The notes beneath the pieces are model-generated. The model saw only the letters and a program-made list of their open reading frames with translations, was not told where the DNA came from and ran no database searches. DNA of 63,776 nucleotides, counting the filler, from Octopus bimaculoides (Eukaryota), in assembly GCF_001194135.2 (NCBI RefSeq). It is 6 parts of 5 records of this genome, joined end to end, with 100 filler letters (N's around TTAATTAATTAA, not from the genome) between each part and the next. Parts side by side here need not be neighbours in the genome. Positions count along the whole stretch, not along the records: positions 1 to 20,620 come from NC_069002.1; 5 more parts are not named here. The stretch is one strand, 5' to 3'. Position numbers and translations under genes: made by a program. Shown piece by piece: positions 1 through 11,693 of the stretch. How positions within the stretch are numbered: position 1 is the stretch's first letter; every line of letters begins with the position of its first letter.

Positions 1-235
1 TAATGATATTATCCAATTAATGATATTTAATTATCTAATTAATGATATTATCCAATTAATGATATTTAATTATCTAATTAATGATATTATCCAATTAATG
101 ATATTTAATTATCTAATTAATGATATTATCGAATTAATGATATTTAATTATCTAATTAATAATATTATCCAATTAATGATATTTAATTATCTAATTAATG
201 ATCTTATCGAATTAATGATAGTTAATTATCTAAAT
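1..235. repeat. 39-bp AT-rich minisatellite, about 6 copies
   Basis: Unit TAATGATATTATCCAATTAATGATATTTAATTATCTAAT repeats from position 1. It explains the MIFNYLINDIIQL periodicity of ORF 20..256. Confidence 0.95.
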
Positions 236-295
236 TACTCATGGCAGAATGGTTAGAACGTCATAGAACATGCTTTGTAATATTTATCACCTCAG

Positions 296-510
296 GGCAG
301 TGAGCTGGCAGAAACATTAATGCGACGTGCTAAATGCTTAGCGGTATTTCGTCTGCCTTTATGTTCTGAGTTCAAATTCTGCCGAGGTCGACTTTGCCTT
401 TCATCCTTTCGGGGTCGATAAATTAAGTACCTGTTGCATACTGGGGTCAATCTAATCAACTGGCCACCTCTCCAAAAATTTCAGGCCTTGTGCCTAGAAT
501 AGAAAAGAAT
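296..510 (+). mobile_element. SINE family A copy (head GAGCTGGCAGAAACGTTAGC type)
   Basis: High similarity to copies at 27088-27322 (+), 30723-30958 (-) and 57422-57655 (-), including the GTTCTGAGTTCAAATT B-box-like motif and the GGGGTCGATAAATTAAGTACC module. Confidence 0.85.
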
Positions 511-627
511 ATTTATTACACCTCTTAATGTTCCAAGTTCAAATCCAGCCGAGGGTCAACTTGTCATCCTTTTGATGTGTTCGATAAAATTAAGCATCAA
601 TCGAATGCTTGAACTGATGGTATAGAC

Positions 628-928
628 CAGGGGTTCTCAACCGTTTCCTGTGTGTGGAACCCCTTAACCATTCCTTGTTTAAAAAATCCTATTGTATTTT
701 TATGATTAAATATTTTTTTGTGTATTTTGTATGTATAAACGTTCTGTATGTATTACATGTTTACTGGTTTGAAGTACAATTTTTTCATGGCCCCTGAAAA
801 ATTACTGTGGGCCCCCAATATACTATATTGCATCCATGGACCCCCAATTTACTATATTGCATCCATGGACACCAAATAATCTTATGTAGACCCTCAGGGT
901 CCATATGAACCCCAGCTGAGAACCCCTA
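628..928. mobile_element. hAT (Charlie-like) MITE
   Basis: TIRs CAGGGGTTCTCAAC / GCTGAGAACCCCTA. 8-bp TSD GTATAGAC (620-627) / GTATAGAT (929-936). Short internal tandem repeat near 815-870. Confidence 0.85.
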
Positions 929-2511
929 GTATAGATTAAGCTTCTCTTCTCAAAACTGGTGGCCCCTTTCTGCCTAAGTTAGAAACTATTTTGCAATTTA
1001 GTCTGGGTATTTTAAATTCCAAATAAAAACAAGTCTGGAACTAATTCAAGGTTGGAGAGGAGACAGAACCATAATGAAGACCCTTAGAAGGGACTCACCT
1101 GACTGACATATAAATAGGGAATAACTACAATGGGTTTGTAAAAATGCTTGGCCTAGTGGCTAAGGTGTAGGATTCACAATCATAAGACTGAGTTCAATTC
1201 CTGGACGAAGTAGTGCATTGTGTCCTTGAGCTTGACACATCATTGCACATTGGTCTTCTAACTGGTGGAGCACTCTCTCTCTCTCCCTGCAGGTGTCACA
1301 CCCTGAATGTTCCACCAGGCCGAGGGTGGAAGAATGAAGAGGCTGTCTATGTCCATTTGTGATAGACAAAAGTGCCTAAAAACAATTAGTGAAAGCATAG
1401 CAAATGTTACCAAGCCACACTTACTTGCAAGTGATGGCTGTGCTCTGGACAACAGGTAGGTTTACCTGTGACAACAGGTAGGTTTACCTGTTGAGCATAC
1501 TCAACTAGATATGTCATGATAACCAAGTTATCACAGTAACCAAGCTTGAACAATTGTGTGGTGACTAACAGAACAAGGAAGAAACTGAGAAATCCCTTGT
1601 GTAAACTGCATAACATTAAATAATTTATAAACGAAAGAACCAGAAAAGACTGACATTTTTTTATCATCATCATAATACCCACTTCTCCATATTAACAAGG
1701 ACCAGATGGAATTCACTGAAGTATTTTCCAACATCTAGATGCCCCTCTTGTTGCCAACCCTTACCTGTTACTAAGCAAGATGATATTTCCCCATGGCCAC
1801 ACATGTTTCATGGAAGATTGAAGATGAAGGACACTGCTTGTATAACAGTGATGTTCATTTACAAAACAAAGACACACACATGATTTACTGTTTCATTATA
1901 GGCGGAATCAACAGAAGAGAAAACTGTCCAATGAGAGATGAATATTAATATACACAGTATTTAAATTTTCAGTGCCATTAGTTCCCTGCTGTTGAAAACA
2001 ATGAACTGGCAAGCTTATATATCAAACCATCTGATTCCAAGCAAACTTTCACACTTAAATATACAACATGGCTAGTTTTTATACACACATACATACATAG
2101 GCTTCTTTCAGTTTCCAGGGCTATAGTAGAAGAGTTAAAGACAGCATTGACATCATCAAACTCAAAAGTTATGGGCCGGTTCCTTTGATCAGACTCAACA
2201 ATGAAAAAACAAAAATAAGTTTTTACTTGAACCATATTCCTGTAAATCTTAGAACCAGATACAAGAAATGCAAAGGAGAAATCAAGGAAATTGAAATGCA
2301 ACCCAACAAAATTCTTATCCAAAGAAGCAAACAACTAAACCCAACAATCACTTGATTCACAAAAAAAAAAATAATAATAATTAAACTCTAACAATGTAGG
2401 ACGGTCTCAATTCAATGCCAGCAGCTGCATTCCTCACAAACAGTTAATTACATCATATTCACACCATTTAAAAATTGCTCAGAGAACAAAGGAGATAGAC
2501 CTGAAATTCTA

Positions 2512-2723
2512 CAGGGTGTCCACAAAGTCTGGGTACATGGGGATTAACACATACTTTGAGAAATTATTATTTCCTATATTTAATTGTTTATGTAATGATT
2601 TTATTTACTCCATGTACCCACATGGGGATTAACACATACTTTAAGAAATTATTATTTCCTATATTTAATTGTTTATGTAATGATTTTATTTACTCCAGGT
2701 ACCCAGACTTTGTGGACACCCTG
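2512..2723. mobile_element. Tc1/mariner-type MITE with internal duplication of about 80 bp
   Basis: Perfect TIR CAGGGTGTCCACAAAGTCTGGGTAC / GTACCCAGACTTTGTGGACACCCTG, TA on both flanks. Internal segment CATGGGGATTAACACATAC...TTTACTCCA is present twice. Confidence 0.9.
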
Positions 2724-3029
2724 TAGATCAGTGTGGAACTGGACAGAAATCGCCAAGCACCATTTTGTACCAATAACATGAGTGTATATAGTGAGAGTAG
2801 GAGTGTGTATAATGAGAGTGACAGATGTGTATAGTGATGGCAAAGGTGTATATAATGAGAGTGACAGAAATGTGAAGCATGTGTATATTGATAGCAAAGG
2901 TGTATAAAATGAGTGTAGAATGTGTAGATGTATGTAGAATGTGTATTATAGCAATGAAGATGTGTAGCGAGGCCAATTTCTATTATGGCATATTGGAGAC
3001 AACTAGCGTTTTATGGGTTCCTCACGTTA

Positions 3030-3140
3030 ATCTGTAATGATTGGTCGTCTGCCCCGTCATGTGAGTTAGGAACATTTGGTTGAGTCCTGTACTTTGATTG
3101 GTCGAGTATTGCACTGGATTGGATCAAAGATCCAATCACA
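3030..3140. promoter_or_regulatory. Cluster of CCAAT/ATTGG boxes in CpG-retaining sequence
   Basis: GATTGGTCG twice, GATTGGAT and CCAATCA within about 110 bp. No transcript evidence. Confidence 0.3.
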
Positions 3141-3994
3141 TTGTGCATAATTACATTCTCAAATAACTAAACTGAATCTACGCTGGGGCCTACCTCTGCA
3201 GATATATTGAGTTAAGAAAACAGCTATGACAGAGGGGTGAGCGATTTTCATAAAGGTGGATCATGTTATTTTCCTTTCCTTTACAACGAAGCACATGTAA
3301 CCAACGATGACCAGTGCTGAATTATCCAAATGATGGTTGAACTATACAACCACCACAATCTGTGATGTATTTATTTGGTCCACCGTATTTATTTAGCGAA
3401 GGAATAAAGTTTCGCTGTTATATGAAAGTTTGTTTCTTGTATTATTTTCATGAGTGAACACATGTTATATAATCGTATAATTCCATAGTAAAACACACGG
3501 AAACTTTATACCTACCCCGTTAAACATGTTACAATGACTGTGTATTGACAGTGTATATAAGAACACTGAAAGTATGTGACTATAACAGTGTACATTGATA
3601 GTACAGGGTATATATGTAAAGTGTTGGCGTGTAGACGCATTTACATAGGACTGTACAATGTATTGTGCCTCGTTTTGTAAAGACGATGGTGTTTAGTCTT
3701 ATGTACATTTGACTGTTATTTCTAGCTGCTCGTACGACTGTCTGGAGACATTAGTTTGCTTGGCTTGAGTGTGTTGCTTGATGTGGATTCTACTATTTTA
3801 AATGTAATATTGACGGGTAAAGAGGATAAAATAGAGGCTAAGAGCAAAGAAACCATAAAACTGGACGCCAGCGAGAAGTGTCTAGCATTGCAAGTACCGA
3901 ATTATTTATGCAGCAAGTTTTAAATTATTTGTGAACTGAATGTCTAGATACACTCCAAATATATGCTTAATATATAAAATAAACACTAAATGGC

Positions 3995-4130
3995 ACTACT
4001 TAAATACAGAGGTCCCGATGCATCTACGTAACGATATGTTTTTACAGTGCACACTCGTCAGGGGATTAGGGTTAGTTTTAGGGTTGGATAAGGTTATGTA
4101 GATGCGTCGGGATCTCTGTATTTAAGTAGT
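3995..4130. repeat. Fold-back element: 38-bp inverted arms around a TTAGGG-containing loop
   Basis: Arms 3995-4032 and 4093-4130 differ at 3 positions. Loop contains GATTAGGGTTAGTTTTAGGGTT. Confidence 0.85.
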
Positions 4131-5258
4131 ACCCACTGAATTAATGAACGAAACTATATTTAACAAATATAAATTAATACACTTCCAAAGCAGTGTTTGT
4201 CTCGTATTTATTAATCCATTTATAATTCTGAAAATGCTTGTACAGACTATCTAACATGTAGTATTCGTAAGATGGATACTAAACGAAGGACGGTGTAGAA
4301 CATAATTAACGAATACAGGTAAAAATTATTTCACGCTAGGCTTGTCACCCACTTGCCTAACACTCAGTGCTTCTTATATTCCTCTAATGCAGGGGTTCCC
4401 AGCCATTTTTCAGTTATGGAACCTCTTTGATTCCCATTTTCTCGGGTGGACCTTCCAAGCCCTGCAATGTTTTTTTAAGAAACCTCTATTATATTTTTGT
4501 AATTAAATATCATTAGAATTATATTTAAAAAAAAAAAAAAAGGTGTACGTAAAGAATACGCGCACTTGGGGTTTAGGGTTACGGTTACGCCGAAAACGGG
4601 TGATGTGCGTATTATTTACCTCCACCAAAAACATTTAATATCTTATGTATTGTAGGAGTCTGAGCAATTTTATTGCAGATAAATTTTAACAAAATCTTGT
4701 AGCCCACCACCACCAAAGGGTCATGTGAAGTTAGGTTAAGAACCATTGATATAATTACTATTTTATAATTATGATCGGTTGCGTATTNNNNNNNNNNNNN
4801 NNNNNNNNNNNNNNNNNNNNNNNNNNNNNNNNNNNNNNNNNNNNNNNNNNNNNNNNNNNNNNNNNNNNNNNNNNNNNNNNNNNNNNNNNNNNNNNNNNNN
4901 NNNNNNNNNNNNNNNNNNNNNNNNNNNNNNNNNNNNNNNNNNNNNNNNNNNNNNNNNNNNNNNNNNNNNNNNNNNNNNNNNNNNNNNNNNNNNNNNNNNN
5001 NNNNNNNNNNNNNNNNNNNNNNNNNNNNNNNNNNNNNNNNNNNNNNNNNNNNNNNNNNNNNNNNNNNNNNNNNNNNNNNNNNNNNNNNNNNNNNNNNNNN
5101 NNNNNNNNNNNNNNNNNNCGTTATCACTGAATAGAACGAAGTAAAAAAGAGAAAAAGGAAAAATTGTCAATATTTACAGCTGGGTAACTTTCAAACACCA
5201 CTAGTATAGACTCGTAATTAATGAAACAATTTACAAATTAAGATGAAGAACAACTTAC

Positions 5259-5608
5259 CGTGAGAGGAATTCCTGATCCACAAGAACAAGTGGGCGACGT
5301 CGTGTGAATGACACAGAGAATTAAACGAAGCTGTCATGTAGCGAACTACAGCTGTATCTACCAAATTCCAGAACTAATCAGTTTTAGAAACAACCGCTTC
5401 TCTGAATTCTGTGGAAGTTTGATGTTTCTCGACCAAAATTGCTCCGTTGAATCCTTCTCTGGGCAACTGTTGTTGCCTGATTATCTCCCTTGCATGAAAT
5501 CGAGTCATTTAAAGTGATCTCCCTTGTTTTTGATAACCTTTCTACTCATTTTTTTAGTTTTGAAGATCATTTTAGTCATCACCGTCAAGACCATGCTGGA
5601 GCACTGCC
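5259..5608 (-). other. Possible 5' (UTR) exon of an unidentified minus-strand gene
   Basis: Strong donor ACG|GTAAGT at 5259/5258, candidate acceptor TTCTATTCTTTAG near 5609, CpG-retaining non-repetitive sequence. No recognisable protein. Confidence 0.3.
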
Positions 5609-6834
5609 TAAAGAATAGAATTCCCAGTCATTTTTTTGTGTTGCCACTATTTCTTTCTTTATTTATTTTATTTAAGAACATGTAAAGCATAGAGACAGTA
5701 ACTGTACGAAGAAATCTCTTAACGAACATTACTTTGGAATTTGTATTGACTCTAAATGTGACAACTTGTAACTTATCCTGCCCATACCGTCATAGTAAAG
5801 GGATGTAAAATGATGGTGGTGTTGACACAGACACACACACACATACAGGTAGATAGATACGTATGTACATATGTGCATGCATCCATCCATACATGTATAT
5901 ACATAGCAATTTCTCCATTTTCACTGATGAGTGCAATCTTGTACCTCTCATTGTCAATGGCTTTTCTGACAATCCGTCCATGACATCTCACAGAACTAAT
6001 TGATCCTGTTACATATTAGTATGGTTTGGTGCATTGGTTACAAACGAAAGTTGTAACTTACTGTGTGTGCTTCCAACTGGTTAAGTCTACACATCTCAGC
6101 GGGTGGAATGACAAATGAGGTCACCATAAAGAGAGATTTGTCTGTCATCGGTTGATAGGCCTCGGTTTCACTTTTAAATGCCCCCCCCCCCCCGGGAGTT
6201 CGAAGGTTTTGAAAAATTTGGAACCACGTCTTTAGCTACTATAGCTCCCAAGTCTCTTCTGAGTAGTAGCACTTGACAAGATCCCAACTACAGGTTAACT
6301 AGCATATGTAATGACAATCGATCTGACCACGGAGACAAAGAAATAGCCTTTTCGTGTGTGTGGGGGGGGGGGGGGCATGCAGTACACCCACTTAGCTATT
6401 GTCACAGAATCCTTCTTGGAAAGGGGTACTCTTATGTAAAACCTATGGTTTCACTGGTCATCATACTTGGGCCTGTCACTTGGTACTAATCACGAAACAT
6501 TTATCAGAAGCATTTATTACTATAATCCAATGACATACATACATATATATATANNNNNNNNNNNNNNNNNNNNNNNNNNNNNNNNNNNNNNNNNNNNNNN
6601 NNNNNNNNNNNNNNNNNNNNNNNNNNNNNNNNNNNNNNNNNNNNNNNNNNNNNNNNNNNNNNNNNNNNNNNNNNNNNNNNNNNNNNNNNNNNNNNNNNNN
6701 NNNNNNNNNNNNNNNNNNNNNNNNNNNNNNNNNNNNNNNNNNNNNNNNNNNNNNNNNNNNNNNNNNNNNNNNNNNNNNNNNNNNNNNNNNNNNNNNNNNN
6801 NNNNNNNNNNNNNNNNNNNNNNNNNNNNNNNNNN

Positions 6835-6875
<41 letters not shown>

Positions 6876-7516
6876 CTCTCTTTCATTTACATTGAATAAC
6901 TTTATGAGATCGGGTGACTTTAATCAGACATTTTTACCCCCATTTCTACATGTTCCATACACAATAACAGTTACAGAAAAATAAACATTTTCAAAACAAA
7001 TCAGGAAAATATTTTAATGATTGAAATTGTCTTTATTAATATGTTAATGAATAAATCAGATTAAAAATTAATTACTGCATTCTTCTTTTCTTTTTTTGAG
7101 CATTAAATACGAAGAAAATGATAAAACATTTGTTAATGTCAATGTGAGTAGAACAAGTCAGAATGCCGAAGAACTAAGAGGAGATTGTCGTCGATTAAAT
7201 GCTAAAATGTTTCATGTTTTGTTGAACAATGTTAGTGTAATACAGTGGATTATTCTAGAAGGATTATTCTACTTCTTATTACCATGGAGTATCATTGCTC
7301 ACACTGAAATGAAATGATACGTATTGAGAAATTTTGTTGGAAGTCCGTTGAAAATGACAATAACGCAGTTAGGCTGCGAAGGGAGATAATTACAAAAAGA
7401 ACTCGGGTTTTCTAAAACAGACTTACCGTTCTTAGCAACTTGATATTTTTCGATTGAATCTACATTGTACATCTATATATGTATGTGTATATAATATACA
7501 TATGTAGATATGTCTC

Positions 7517-7553
<37 letters not shown>

Positions 7554-7732
7554 GTGTGTGTGTATACATATGCATATTTATAAACATATATACATGCATA
7601 CATATATATACGTGCATACATACGTATACATATACATACACACACACACACATATATATGTGTATATATATATATATATATACACACACACATGTATACA
7701 CACATATATATATATATTAAGAGAAAGAAAGT

Positions 7733-7899
7733 AGTCACAATTTTGGGTTATTATTTATTTAATAGCGCTTTCATCTGGTTCGTTTCCTAGACTCATCAGA
7801 TACCATTTTTCTGTAAAAACGGATAAACTTATCCAATGAGTCTCAGAAATGAATGAGATGAAAGCGCTAATAAATAAATAAAAGCCCAAAATTCTGACT
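7733..7899. mobile_element. Palindromic element with a hammerhead-like motif in each arm, divergently oriented
   Basis: Inverted arms centred near 7812. Minus arm: CUGAUGA (7799-7793), GUCU/AGAU, GAAA, GCGC, UA. Plus arm: CCAAUGA (7833-7839), GUCUCA/UGAGAU, GAAA, GCGC, UA. Confidence 0.75.
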
Positions 7900-8489
7900 G
7901 CCTTTTTCATCTTAATATATAAAACCTGTGCATGCACCACTTCAAACATTTTACACATACATACACACATTTTAAACATATACACACATATATATATATA
8001 TATAATTATATGTATTTCTTCTATCTTAATGAATAATAATTCTTTGGATAGAATAAATGGGTTAATAGAAACCAATGTAGCAAATATATATATATACGCT
8101 CACGTGTACAAACACACACACATACAAACTCACATGTTCCTTTAGACATAAGCCATGTTTTTTTTTTTAAATATATTTGCTGGAATTTTGGTAAATATAA
8201 AGTTTTTTTTTGTTGTTGTTGTAAAAGAAAAGAAGGAAGGAAGGAAAGAAGGGAAATAACAGAAGGAGAAAAATCGATTACGACACCTTCATAGCTGAAA
8301 TAATTAATTATATACCATCCCTTTGATAATTATCTCTATTCTACAGTTAATTATTAAACAACAAATTATTCATGTTTAAGCAGTTTTCACACAGTCAATA
8401 GTTAGTTTGGCAAAGATGAGAGAACAGTGTAGAGTGCCTCAGAAATTGTTATTTCAGGCAAGATATCTTCGACAACAAAGAAAACCATT

Positions 8490-8870
8490 TATTCTTTTAT
8501 TTCTTTCAGTCATTTGACTGTGGCCACACTGGAGCAGCACCTTTAGTCAAACAAACTGACCCCAGCACTTATTCTTTGGAAACCTAGTACTTATTCTAGC
8601 GGTGTCTTTTGTCGAACCGCTAGGTTACTGGGACATAAATACACCAATATCAGTTGTCAAGCGATGGTGGGGGGGACAAACACAGATACATATATTTATA
8701 TATGTGACAGGCTTCTTTCAGTTTTCATCTACCAAATGCACTAACAAGGCTTTGGTCAGCCTGAGGCTATAGCAGAAGATACCTGCCCAAGGTGCCACAC
8801 AGTGGGAATGAACATGGAACCATGTGGTTGGGAAGCAAGCTTCTTAGCACACAGCCACTCCTGCACCATT
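8490..8870 (-). mobile_element. Composite SINE (tRNA/CORE-like family C head, microsatellite, family B tail)
   Basis: Same architecture at 24252-24615, 25230-25515 and 41420-41875. Head alone at 37114-37270 (+), 58370-58510 (+) and 58965-59100 (+). Tail alone at 60100-60305 (+), 61855-62045 (-) and 63466-63665 (+). Confidence 0.8.
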
Positions 8871-8989
8871 TGTTTATTTATTGATTTGTTTTTTTTTTTC
8901 TCTTTCAGTATGTTGTTAAATAATGCAGTTTGATGAAGGCAGTCACAAAATAAAACTACGTGCTCTGTTTTTGTTGTTGAGCACATAGA

Positions 8990-9335
8990 GATGGATGCAG
9001 ATTAACACTGGCACTGCATTGGTTGCAGCGACAAGGGTTCCAGTTGATCTGATCAGCCGAACAGCCTGCTCATTATATTAATGTGCAAATGGCCCGAGTA
9101 CTCCATAGACACACATACTCTCAGTGTAGTTCTTGAAGAGATTCAGCAAGACAAAGAATGTGACAAGGCTGGCCCCTTTCGAATTACAGGTACAACTCAT
9201 TTTTGCCAGCTGAGTGGACTGGAGCAATATGAAATAAAAGTGTCTTGCTCAAGGAAACAACGCACCACCAGGAATCGAACTCATGACCTTGCAATCATAA
9301 ACCATATCCCCTAACCACATAGCCACACATCTTCA
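8990..9335 (-). mobile_element. CORE-type tRNA SINE (family D)
   Basis: Shares the GTGTTGTTTCCTTGAGCAAGACACTTT core-like block and the AAAGGGGCCAGCCTTGTCAC tail with copies at 60370-60675 (+), 60745-61060 (+), 13430-13635 (-) and 25680-25880 (-). Confidence 0.8.
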
Positions 9336-9498
9336 CAAAATGCATAAGGTCAACAAATACCTTTCAAGACACACATATGGATGGAGATAATACTGTTCTG
9401 TATTTTAGAAATGAGGAATTCTGTACATTATTTACACTAGAAGGATATGTGTCCTCATCCTGTTTATTGTTACCACAATGTTTCAGCTGATTTTCTCA

Positions 9499-9755
9499 GG
9501 CATATAGCGTAATGGTTAAGAGCGTGGTCTGCTAACCCCAAGATTGCAAGTTCAATTCCAGGCAGTGCCTCGAATAAATAATAATAATAATAATAACATC
9601 AGCAAAAAAAGTACTTTAGGAATGAGAACCCAGGGTTGGGTTCAAAATTCTACCAGGACACCTGATGAAGGCTGGAGAGTAAACCAGCCGAAACGTTGTG
9701 GTAAGAACAAACAAGATGAGGACACATATCCGTCCAATGTAAATAATGTAAACGG
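9499..9755 (+). mobile_element. tRNA-derived SINE (family E) carrying a hammerhead ribozyme motif
   Basis: A box TAGCGTAATGG (9505-9515), B box AGTTCAATTCC (9549-9559), (AAT)n linker, HHR at 9659-9700, GTAAATAATGTAAA tail. Sister copy at 61530-61775. Confidence 0.85.
9659..9700 (+). ncRNA. Minimal type I hammerhead ribozyme (putative)
   Basis: CAC-CUGAUGA-A-GGCUGG[agaguaaa]CCAGCC-GAAA-CG-U-U-GUG. Palindromic loopless stem III AACGUU. Predicted cleavage after U9697. One extra A between core and stem II. Confidence 0.7.
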
Positions 9756-11314
9756 ATAGAGGTAGACAAAATGCTGAGCAAAGTTATATTACTTTAAATC
9801 CTAGCACCAAAGATAACATATTCTTAATTAAAAGTGAAAATTCTCAAAAAGACGTCCATAATCTTCAAAAGGTTTTTAGCAGTCACTTGAATTCATTGAA
9901 CGAAGGAAAAAAAAACTTCTTCCTCAGTTAATGCTGAGTGAAAGACTAATGAATGATGGAGGGCATCATTTTCAACAAGTTTAGAATGGTTAGATGTTCT
10001 TCTAATGTGGTTTTTAACAGGCTGTAAATTCCTCACCATCATCATTGTTTTAATATCCCCTTTTCTACGTTTGCAATGAGTGAGATGGAATTTGTTGAAA
10101 CAGATTTTCTACAGCTGGACACCCTTCTTTCCACCAACACCCACCTGGTTTCAAGCAAGGTAATGTTTCCCCGTGTCCAGACAAGTTTTCACATTGGCAA
10201 ATTGAACAGAGACAACCAGGGGTTAAGAGGAATCTTTCATTTTGGCAAAATCAAGACAACCTCTCCTGTGCAGGGACAGTATTTATAATGCCAGACTAAA
10301 ACACCTCAACCCCTTTTCTTCATTTATATTCTTCATCCTTCATTTTCCCCAGACTTTTGCAAACACTACCCATCCATCCACCTCCACTTCCTGTTCTTCT
10401 GTCCCTGCTCAATTCTGTTTGCTTTGAACTTGGATTCACCACCCTCACATCTCTAGACCACCATTTCATCTCTTTCCATCTCCACCCCTATCCTCTGTTA
10501 TGTGAGTAGCCATGTCACCCCACTTCTGTTCGGGTTCCTTTTTTCATACCTCAAGCTCCCATATTTATGCAAAAAGTCACCTCCCTTCCTATTGCAGCCC
10601 CACTCTGTTGAAGGACATCTTAATCTTGCAAGCTACATGGTGACCTCGCAGGAAAGAAAAGCACCAAGTGCACTCTGTAGAGTGGTTGCCATTAGGAACA
10701 ACTACCACCTTCAGGAAGCATACCCAAGCAGACACTGGAGCAAATATGCCATCCTCAGGCATATTGGATTCTGTCAAATTATTTGATTGATGCCAACATA
10801 GAAGATGGACATCAAATGATGATGATGATGATGTCAAAGAACTGGACACTACAGAACAATATCTATAGAGACAAATATATTCTGAACTCTGCTCAGTTCT
10901 ATGTAATTGTAGTAGATTCTATGGATTTTACAGATGCTGTTATGCTGGACTTTTACATCAACAACAAATAAGAACTCAAACCGTTTCCAAAATGTAATCC
11001 TGCAAGTGAGGAACCAATCCAATTGATTAATTTTTTTCATGTAATCATCATCAATGAGACAAAAGTTTAAAAAATTTATTAGCTTGATTATTTAAATCTT
11101 TTTTTACTTAAAGATGGAAAGGAATATGAAAGTCCTCCCTCCTCTGCTCAAGGGAGTCCTCTTCAGCCTCCTAAGACAAACTAAACATCACTTGTTAAGG
11201 TTATATCTACAGATTTTCTATGGAAACTATAGCCAACACTAATTTGTTATAATGTTTCGTATATGAATACATCTGTTTAAACGATGCAATCGAAAAAACA
11301 AAAATAGGTAATGG

Positions 11315-11360
11315 GTGTATATGCATATTTCAGGCATTCTTGCTCCTTCATCAGTACCAC
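11315..11360 (-). ncRNA. Solo minimal hammerhead motif (putative)
   Basis: Minus strand reads GUGGUA-CUGAUGA-AGGAGCA[agaa]UGCCU-GAAA-UAUGCA-U-A-UACAC. Core intact, palindrome AUAUGCAUAU, bulged stems I and II. Confidence 0.5.
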
Positions 11361-11661
11361 ATCCAACCCATTAACCCTCCTTGAACTCATTGCGTAAATA
11401 GCCACAAAATATAGCGATGTAACATCATTGGATATCCCCATTTTACATATTAAACACATTTCTAGCAACTGGTATATACATATTAGTGACTTGTAGGGAG
11501 ACAGTATTTAATAGCACTGCTAACACAGGAGAATACAGTATCGACTTTGTAGCATATCATGCTTGCATATATCAAGATACAATGTCCCTATAAGTCATTA
11601 ATGAACCAAACAATTTTCATATGAAAGAGGATGCATGGCATTCAATCATATGATTAAATAA

Positions 11662-11693
<32 letters not shown>

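Noticed and set aside
1978-2354. Overlapping open frames on both strands
   Set aside because: No recognisable motifs or convincing splice sites, and one end lies in a SINE fragment.
5920-5965. CUGAUGA followed by a GUGC/GUAC stem
   Set aside because: No GAAA after stem II, and the region reads as a minus-strand RTE C-terminal relic.
9499-9570. tRNA gene call for SINE heads
   Set aside because: A and B boxes are present but there is no complete cloverleaf or acceptor stem, and they continue into repeat bodies.
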